From positions 1 through 43,985 of the forward strand of contig RFVE01000002.1 in the NCBI GenBank assembly GCA_009922585.1: a stretch of DNA of 43,985 nt, written 5' to 3'. Below, piece by piece: positions 37,638 to 43,985 of this stretch (positions are counted from its first letter, which is position 1; each line of letters opens with the position of its first letter). The notes below the pieces were generated by a model. That model was not told where the DNA came from. It saw only the letters and a program-made list of their open reading frames with translations, and did not search any database. This stretch comes from Planctomycetia bacterium. GTDB lineage: Bacteria > Planctomycetota > Planctomycetia > Pirellulales > UBA1268. Made by a program: the position numbers and the translations under genes.

Positions 37638-38507
37638 ATGGATAGCCGACAGCATTTCGAAAGACTAGAACACCAGCAACCTTTTTTTGTAAAAATGATG
37701 CACAGGCGACTTCAGGCTGCCATCCGTTTCTCTCCAATAAACCATATGTCGCCCGCTGAACACCGTGACAATCGTTTCGATTCGGCCCAGGTACTGGCCC
37801 TGTTCGACGCCCTGCCCGAAACATCATTTTTTGTAAAGGATCGGCAGAGCCGGTTCATCCAGGCCAATCGCACCTTCCTGCGGCTGCATGGCTGCCGCGA
37901 TTCGGCCGAACTTGTCGGCAAGTGCGACTTCGACTTTCATCCGCCAGCGCTTGCTGCGGAGTATGTGGCTGAGGACCGTCGCGTGATTGATTCGGGGCAG
38001 CCGGTTCGCGACCAGGCCTGGCTGGTGCCGCACCACTCCGGCATGCCGCGGTGGTATCTCGGCACCAAGATTCCGCTGGTAGGGGACCGGGGCACGGTGA
38101 TCGGTCTGGCCGGCATCCTGCGGCCAATCGACCAGCCCGGCTACGCCCCTCACGACTATCAGCGGCTGACTCCGGCCCTTGAACATGCCCTGAAACAATG
38201 CCGCAAGACCGTCAGCGTTCCGGCAATGGCCAAGCGGGCAGGCCTCTCAACCAGTCAGCTCCAGCGGGAGTTCCGCCGGCTGTTCCGGATGAGTCCCAGC
38301 GAATATGTGATGCGGCTGCGGCTCCAGTTGGCCCGGCGACAGCTGACCGAATCGAATGACGCAGTCGGTACAATTGCACAGGCTTGCGGCTTCTACGATC
38401 AAAGTCACTTCACCCGGGCGTTCAAGAAATACACCGGCCTGACGCCGCTGGCCTACCGGCGGCAGGCCTGGCAGATTGAACCGGCGGCAACCGCAGCAAC
38501 TAGCTGA
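37638..38507 (+). CDS. PAS-sensor AraC-family transcriptional regulator
   Basis: PAS-like FFVKDRQSRFIQANRTFLRLHGCRDSAELVGKCDFDFHPPALAAEYVAEDRRVIDSGQPV...GTVIGLAGI, and a C-terminal AraC HTH (AKRAGLSTSQLQREFRRLFRMSPSEYVMRLRLQLARRQL...IAQACGFYDQSHFTRAFKKYTGLTP). It is divergent from the DUF1501 gene with a gap of about 71 bp. The start could be a later Met. Confidence 0.85.
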   Translation: MDSRQHFERLEHQQPFFVKMMHRRLQAAIRFSPINHMSPAEHRDNRFDSAQVLALFDALPETSFFVKDRQSRFIQANRTFLRLHGCRDSAELVGKCDFDFHPPALAAEYVAEDRRVIDSGQPVRDQAWLVPHHSGMPRWYLGTKIPLVGDRGTVIGLAGILRPIDQPGYAPHDYQRLTPALEHALKQCRKTVSVPAMAKRAGLSTSQLQREFRRLFRMSPSEYVMRLRLQLARRQLTESNDAVGTIAQACGFYDQSHFTRAFKKYTGLTPLAYRRQAWQIEPAATAATS

Positions 38508-38570
38508 CGACTCTACGGATTCACCCGCACTTTGAGGAACGCTTCTGCTGCAGGCAAAAGTGCAAGCGTG

Positions 38571-40796
38571 CTAGTCGGCGGTCGACACCGGAATCTCACC
38601 GTCCCGCTGAAATGCCTGCCAGTCTGCGGCAAACGCAGCGTTCACTAGCCAGGAGGCAACACCTGCGTCACCCTCAAAGGCCTTTCCAGCTGCGAACGGT
38701 AGTTCTTGATAGCCCCCAGTCGTAACGTTCCAATTTTGGCCGAAGAAGCCATCTTCAGGGGTGAGTTTCCTGAGCGTGACTGGTCCTGCACGACAGTCGC
38801 AAGGTACGGGTACTCGGGCGGCAAGGGTGTGTCGCAGAAATGAGAGGACGAGCGGCCAAGTCTTCTCACCTGGGCCGTGGCCGGTCTTCGGTTCAACGGC
38901 GATGCTCCAGAGGGCCTGGTGCTTCTTCCGCAACGTCGGCACAACGGCGAGGTTTTCAGCTTGCGAAGGGCGGGCAAAAAAATGGTCGTCTTCGCCAAAG
39001 ATCACAAGCCCGGGCACGTTTGCGGCCTCTGGCTGGTAGACCTGGAAAGTAATCCCTGGCCGCATCGACACCCAAGCCCAGACCCGGTCAGGCCGATAGG
39101 CCGGAAACACTGCGGAGAAGCCCGTGCCGTTTGAGTGACCGTAGAGAAAGAGCGGGGCATGCTGAAGCTCCGGATGACCGGTTCGTTCCCCGAATAGTCG
39201 CAGCCTGTCGAAGAGCAACTGCTGTGGCCAAAACCCTCGCTGCAGCGGATTGCCAACGAATTTGAAGAGTGCCAGATTGAGTTCCTTAGCGAGTGCCCTG
39301 AGGTCAGCCCGCCGGAACAATGTCTCGCCACTACCGTGACCCGAAATGACGACGATACCCCGGGCCAGTGACAACTCCTCCGGCAGCCACAGATCAAATT
39401 GCACCTCTTCCATGCCACCCTCACCCTGCCGGTCGACGGCCTCTTGCCAGCGGTCATCGGTAATGTGCCAGTCCCAATTTCTCGTGAGGATTTGCCGCGG
39501 TGACGGCTTCCCCCACTGGGCCTCGTCAAGCACACCATCCCAGCGGCTGGTATCAGCCGGCTGCACGACGTGCGTCTTCACCCAGCCGATACTGTGGCAC
39601 TCCGCAAGCTCAGCGTAGTCAGTCCACCGCGTTCCCCCATCGACGTCGCGCGGCTTGGTCCACTGCTGCTGGAGCCAGGGCAGTACTTTGTCCGCCCACC
39701 GTCGGCCATGCTCGCGAAGACCGGCAGCGCTGAAATGCACTCCCTCACCATCCCGGTCACGGAGAAATCCCTGCAGAGCGTCGGTGTCGGGGCCCTCCAG
39801 CGCGACACCTGTGTGCCAGAGTGCCGCCTGGGCGGCACGGATGTCATCGCTGCCCCGGTCATCAGGGCTGTGGTAGCTCGCCTGGGCAACAAACCAAGGA
39901 ACGTCCCAGCCAATGTCCCGCCGAGACTGGTGGATCAGACTGGTGAGATACTCTGTATAGAGTTGTCCCGGGAGAGTCCTTGCTGGATCCCGCTGGTTGG
40001 CATCACTCTCACCCTGGTGCCAGAGCACAGCCCGAAAACCGTATGGTCCCAACAGCTTCATTCGGGTGACGAAAGCGGCGTAGGCAGCTCCATTGCTGGC
40101 CCATTCACCAGAAGCGAGCTGCTTCACCCGGCTTTCGATGGTTGGCGGCTGGGGAAACGTGGTGGCCTCAGGCAGCCATTCACGGACACTTGTTGCGCCG
40201 ATACCGCAGGCTACAAGGCCAACCGGCACGTCCTCGGCTTTCACCACGGCGTCCGCAAAAGCCGGGAGAAAACTGCCTCCACCTCCACTTGCCCCGGGCT
40301 GAGGGTCGACCGCCAGTTGCCAGGATGCGCCGGCGAAGGCAGCCACCCGGCCCGTCTGCGGCTGCTGCCTCTCCTCGCCATGGTTGGCTGAATTTGACTG
40401 TCCGGCGACAACGAAAACCTCACCAATGCCAACATGGGCAACACTGCCGCGAGCAATCTCCTTCCCGGACTGCACAACCCGCACCTCAAGTTGCCACCAG
40501 CCCCCGGCCGGTGCCTCGAGGCTGCCCAGCAGCGTCTCGCCCGCAATCCGCCCGCTCACTCGCAGCCAGGGCGTTTGCCGGCGGGTACCTGTCAGCCTCG
40601 CCTCGATGGCGACGTCGGTCTTTGGCACTTCCGCTGCCAAACTGCCGACAAGCGTCAGCCGTCCCTTACCTGGTGACGACCGCTGTATAACCTGATAGTC
40701 GACCGGCGATTTCAGCAAAATTTCTACAGCAGATGCGGTAGGCACTGCTGCAGCGACGAGGATAAGGCTGGCAACGACGACTTTCATGGCTTGCAC
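38571..40796 (-). CDS. Secreted sialate O-acetylesterase-like (SASA/DUF303) domain fused to a C-terminal alpha/beta-hydrolase-like domain
   Basis: Signal peptide MQAMKVVVASLILVAAAVPTASA. SASA motifs VVAGQSNSANHG and AVLWHQGESDAN. The C-terminal half has the nucleophile elbow LYGHSNGTGF. Confidence 0.85.
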   Translation of the reverse strand: MQAMKVVVASLILVAAAVPTASAVEILLKSPVDYQVIQRSSPGKGRLTLVGSLAAEVPKTDVAIEARLTGTRRQTPWLRVSGRIAGETLLGSLEAPAGGWWQLEVRVVQSGKEIARGSVAHVGIGEVFVVAGQSNSANHGEERQQPQTGRVAAFAGASWQLAVDPQPGASGGGGSFLPAFADAVVKAEDVPVGLVACGIGATSVREWLPEATTFPQPPTIESRVKQLASGEWASNGAAYAAFVTRMKLLGPYGFRAVLWHQGESDANQRDPARTLPGQLYTEYLTSLIHQSRRDIGWDVPWFVAQASYHSPDDRGSDDIRAAQAALWHTGVALEGPDTDALQGFLRDRDGEGVHFSAAGLREHGRRWADKVLPWLQQQWTKPRDVDGGTRWTDYAELAECHSIGWVKTHVVQPADTSRWDGVLDEAQWGKPSPRQILTRNWDWHITDDRWQEAVDRQGEGGMEEVQFDLWLPEELSLARGIVVISGHGSGETLFRRADLRALAKELNLALFKFVGNPLQRGFWPQQLLFDRLRLFGERTGHPELQHAPLFLYGHSNGTGFSAVFPAYRPDRVWAWVSMRPGITFQVYQPEAANVPGLVIFGEDDHFFARPSQAENLAVVPTLRKKHQALWSIAVEPKTGHGPGEKTWPLVLSFLRHTLAARVPVPCDCRAGPVTLRKLTPEDGFFGQNWNVTTGGYQELPFAAGKAFEGDAGVASWLVNAAFAADWQAFQRDGEIPVSTAD

Positions 40797-40824
40797 TCAT
40801 AGCTGGATGGTTACTCAGGTCAGC

Positions 40825-43344
40825 TTAGATGATCGCTAGCGGATTGCGACGTTCTTCCAGCGTACCGCGGGTGACGCCAACCCGGTTGGCTGCCCGCAAA
40901 CCGGCCCAGACCTCGCGGCCGGTGACGCGGCCAGCCAGCAGATCCCGATAGCTGGCAATCACGCGGCCCGTCTCAGCAGCTGATTCTTCCAGCAACTCAA
41001 TCCGCAGATGCCCAATGCCACTTGCCACAAGCTGTCCCACCGCTTCGGCCCCACTCTGGGCCACAGCATTGAACAGCGTGTTACGGCAGCCGACGTCGGC
41101 GGTCAGGAGGTGCTCAACACCAATGCGGTCCCGCAGGTGCACCGTGTGGTCATCGCAGGGCCGACCACAGTTGTTCTTGTTCGTCCCCGGGGAAAGCACA
41201 GAACAGAAGACACAGTGCTCCATGTGGAACATCGGCATGTGCTGATGAATCACCACCTCCAGTTGGCTCGCGTTGCAGCTGGCAACGAGTTGAAGCAACT
41301 GCTCACGGTTGCAGTCGTACGAGACCGCCAACCGTTCAAGCCCTTGGCTCAAGAAAAATTCGGCTGCTAGCGAGTTGGTGACGTTGAAGGAAAAGTCTCC
41401 AGCCACCGGGATGCCCCGGCTGCGAAAATACTCGAGGCCACTGAAGTTTCGCACCAGCACTCCATCGGGCTCATGGCGGCCCAACGCTGCAAAGACACCC
41501 AATTCGCCCGGCTTTTGAATCCGCGGTGTTGCTAGCTGCAGCCGAGCGGCCTGCTGCCGGGCAAGACCGACCGCCTCGCGGTACTGCCGGATATCGGCAA
41601 AGTCGGCAATCAGATCCCGTTCACCGGCAGTGACCGCGGCCTGGAGCTGGTCGAGTGACCGCACCAGCACATGCAGCGTTGGCAGCTGCTGGTGGTGTGA
41701 CGCCTCATCCTGCCGCGGGTTTGCCGATGGCACGGGCTTCTGTAGCTGCCGCACGACCGCAATGGGATCGACCGCCACTGTCCGTCGCGGCACTGCCTCG
41801 ACCAGCTGCTCAAGTTCTGTCACGAGCCGCTTCCGCACCGTGCCCAGCACGCTGAAGGGCACCATCGGATTCCCCACGATCTCTGCGGTGAGCTTCCGCA
41901 GTGCGAACGGTGTTCCCCCCAGCCGGCCCAGCTGTTCGCACAGCGTCGCTTCATCAAGCGGATGCCGCGTGGCTGGCTGGGCCAGGGTGTCGGCTGCCAC
42001 CTGACAGCAGCGGCCATCAGCCAGCCTGGCCTCTACCAGCAGCGGCTGGCCCACAGCAGCCGTGACCAGTAAATCGATCGGCTGCTGCCGCCGGAGCCGA
42101 TCGCCGGCAAAGGTTTTTCGTAGCGTCCGGGTCAGCTGAGGGTCGTCGGTCTTCCAGACCTCGCTTCCGATGGTAAGTCTGGTGAGGTCAATCGCTCCGG
42201 TCCCAAAGGCCATCGCCACCCGATCTCCGGCTGCAGCTTCTGAGACTGGTCGGCCGTCCCGAAACAGCTCATAGACCCGCCCTCCCTGCGGCTCGTCCGC
42301 CGCCGCCGCGAAAGCAACGCCATCACCCCGCTTCACGCAGCCGGTCAGTTCGACAGTCACCCGCTGCCGTGACACAGCCGTTACCCGCCCCAGCAGAACC
42401 CCTCGCTTGGCGCTACTTGTAGCCGGCACCAGCAGTTTGTGGTCGCAGCCCTCGAGCCAACCGGGAGAAAAACCCCGGGAGAAGGTCAGTTCCATTTCCT
42501 CAATCTGCCGCGGGGAGAACACAACCGGTTCACCCGCCACCGCTGTGTCGATCGCCTCGCGGTACCGCCGAGTGATGGCGGCAACATATTCCGGAGCCTT
42601 CAGCCGGCCTTCGATCTTGAGGGAGGCAACCCCAGCGGCCAGCAACTCGGGCACAAGGGCAAAGCCCGCCAGATCCTGCGGCGAAAGTAGATATTTCTGG
42701 TCCCGAAGATCGACCTCGGCACCGTCACAGAGCAAATCGTAGGGTAGCCGACAGGCCTGGGCGCACTGGCCCCGGTTGGCCGAACGGCCCCCGAGGGACT
42801 CACTGGTTAGACACTGGCCAGAGTAGGCCACGCACAAAGCACCGTGAACGAACACCTCGAGCGGCATGGTGGTCGCGCCGGCGATCGCCCGGATCTCTTC
42901 CAGCGACAGCTCGCGGGCCAGCACCACCCGCTCGATCCCGAGAGCCTCTGCCAGCCGAATCGTCTCGGCGCTGGTGAGCGTCATTTGGGTCGAGGCATGC
43001 AGCGGCAACTCTGGACAGATCTCCCGGACCAGCCGGGCCGCGCCAACATCCTGAAGCAGGACGGCATCGACCCCAGCCGCAGCGACCGCCGCCACGGTCT
43101 CGGCAAACCCATCAAGCTCGTCGGTGAAGACGAGCGTATTCAGGGTGACATAGCCCCGCAGGCCATGCCGGTGCAGCAACTGCATCACCGCTGGTAGGTC
43201 ATCGACGGTGAAGTTGGTCGCTCGGGCCCGAGCGTTGAAGCCGGTCTCAAGCCCGAAGTAGATCGCATCGGCCCCATTGGCGATTGCCGCCCGCAGGCAG
43301 TCATGATCACCGGCAGGAGCGAGCAGTTCGGGAGCTTTTGACAT
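40825..43344 (-). CDS. Tandem peptidase-U32-family fusion protein (about 840 aa)
   Basis: MSKAPELLAPAGDHDCLRAAIANGADAIYFG is the canonical U32 N-terminus. The first half has the Cys cluster C-X6-C-X15-C-X3-C (CVAYSGQCLTSESLGGRSANRGQCAQAC). The second U32-like half has C-X2-C-X11-C-X3-C (CVFCSVLSPGTNKNNCGRPC). The preferred start is the ATG at 43344. The track ORF extends 133 codons upstream with non-protein-like text. Confidence 0.9.
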   Translation of the reverse strand: MSKAPELLAPAGDHDCLRAAIANGADAIYFGLETGFNARARATNFTVDDLPAVMQLLHRHGLRGYVTLNTLVFTDELDGFAETVAAVAAAGVDAVLLQDVGAARLVREICPELPLHASTQMTLTSAETIRLAEALGIERVVLARELSLEEIRAIAGATTMPLEVFVHGALCVAYSGQCLTSESLGGRSANRGQCAQACRLPYDLLCDGAEVDLRDQKYLLSPQDLAGFALVPELLAAGVASLKIEGRLKAPEYVAAITRRYREAIDTAVAGEPVVFSPRQIEEMELTFSRGFSPGWLEGCDHKLLVPATSSAKRGVLLGRVTAVSRQRVTVELTGCVKRGDGVAFAAAADEPQGGRVYELFRDGRPVSEAAAGDRVAMAFGTGAIDLTRLTIGSEVWKTDDPQLTRTLRKTFAGDRLRRQQPIDLLVTAAVGQPLLVEARLADGRCCQVAADTLAQPATRHPLDEATLCEQLGRLGGTPFALRKLTAEIVGNPMVPFSVLGTVRKRLVTELEQLVEAVPRRTVAVDPIAVVRQLQKPVPSANPRQDEASHHQQLPTLHVLVRSLDQLQAAVTAGERDLIADFADIRQYREAVGLARQQAARLQLATPRIQKPGELGVFAALGRHEPDGVLVRNFSGLEYFRSRGIPVAGDFSFNVTNSLAAEFFLSQGLERLAVSYDCNREQLLQLVASCNASQLEVVIHQHMPMFHMEHCVFCSVLSPGTNKNNCGRPCDDHTVHLRDRIGVEHLLTADVGCRNTLFNAVAQSGAEAVGQLVASGIGHLRIELLEESAAETGRVIASYRDLLAGRVTGREVWAGLRAANRVGVTRGTLEERRNPLAII

Positions 43345-43985
43345 CAAACTAGTATAGATCGTGATGCGGCGGTTTCGGTTCTCCTTGCGCGGGGCGTAAA
43401 GCCATCGCAGGCGGTGCGGCTGCGAGTGTCCAGTGACAACGACTGCTGAAAAATAGCTCCGATCGCCGCGACGAGCACTGCCGGCGAACAGACGGCCCCG
43501 TCGGTGGCGATGAACGCGAGCGGCCGGCATGTGGTCGCCTGGCAGGGCGAGAACCCCGATCCCTTGCTCAGCACCGACATCTACTTCAAGGCCGGGACTG
43601 TGGTTAACGATTTCACAGTTGCCGATGTCATGCTGCCGACAGCTAGCTTCCCTTTTCGTGACGATTTCGCCCTTGTCGACGGTTCGCGGCTTGATCGTTT
43701 CTGGGATGCCCAATCGGGAAACTTCACCGTGAAGGGTGGTCATCTAGTCGGGGCCAACTCAGTCAACACCACCACCCTGCGGGCTGCCCTAGCGACCAGC
43801 TCGCTGGCGGTGGCTGCGGATGTCGACCATGGGGGCTGTTGGCAACCGGGACGGCCCCGTCCCGCCGCCAGGATCAGCCGCGACCCAGCCGCCGACCGAA
43901 GCGGCCGAGATCGACGCCCTTCTTTTCTGCGTGCTTTAGCAAGGCCTGGGCGTAGACCTGCGCCGGGCTGGCGGATGGCGATGGT

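Noticed and set aside
36138-37827. Long N-terminal extensions in the track ORFs of the PSD (to 36434), DUF1501 (to 37827), U32 (to 43743), DUF1559 (to 8274) and carA (from 28024) genes
   Set aside because: The extensions overlap neighbouring genes or precede clear signal peptides or canonical N-termini, and their text is not protein-like. Internal starts with signal peptides, Tat motifs or Shine-Dalgarno sequences fit better.

Overview
High-GC bacterial chromosomal segment. The gene content points to Planctomycetota: a DUF1559 H-X9-DG prepilin-like protein, PSCyt1 / PSD(DUF1549-DUF1553) / DUF1501 genes, a YTV-type Cys-rich repeat protein and WD40 fusions. I can support about 35 protein-coding genes and one tRNA-Gln(UUG). 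Most are housekeeping genes: rex, rluD-like, purA-uppS-cdsA, proA, carA, trxB, and a tightly overlapped phoH / HD-7TM / ybeY / CBS-DUF21 / recO / BamD-like / small lipoprotein / folP operon. I saw no transposase, integrase, CRISPR array, rRNA or recognisable defence genes. Six things deserve a second look. (1) A secreted Cys-rich repeat gene at the left edge is built from near-identical 90-bp DNA repeats and is broken by a 28-nt partial repeat unit. (2) trxB carries an internal out-of-frame deletion. (3) The BamD-like lipoprotein gene is split by a single-base frameshift at an A4 run. (4) The intergenic region 33383-33880 holds a 131-nt element closed by a 16-bp inverted repeat, followed by about 3.6 tandem copies of a 74-bp double-hairpin unit. 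It lies between a DUF1501/PSD pair (with a divergent PAS-AraC regulator) and a PSCyt1-WD40 gene. (5) A MauE/DoxX-like membrane protein, a DUF1559 protein and a MauG/CCP-type di-haem peroxidase form a co-directional trio. (6) A tandem-U32 fusion keeps a Cys cluster in each half. The ORF track omits ORFs that run off the window edges, and two such ORFs matter here (left edge on the minus strand, right edge on the plus strand). All functional calls come from reading motifs in the translations. No database search was run.
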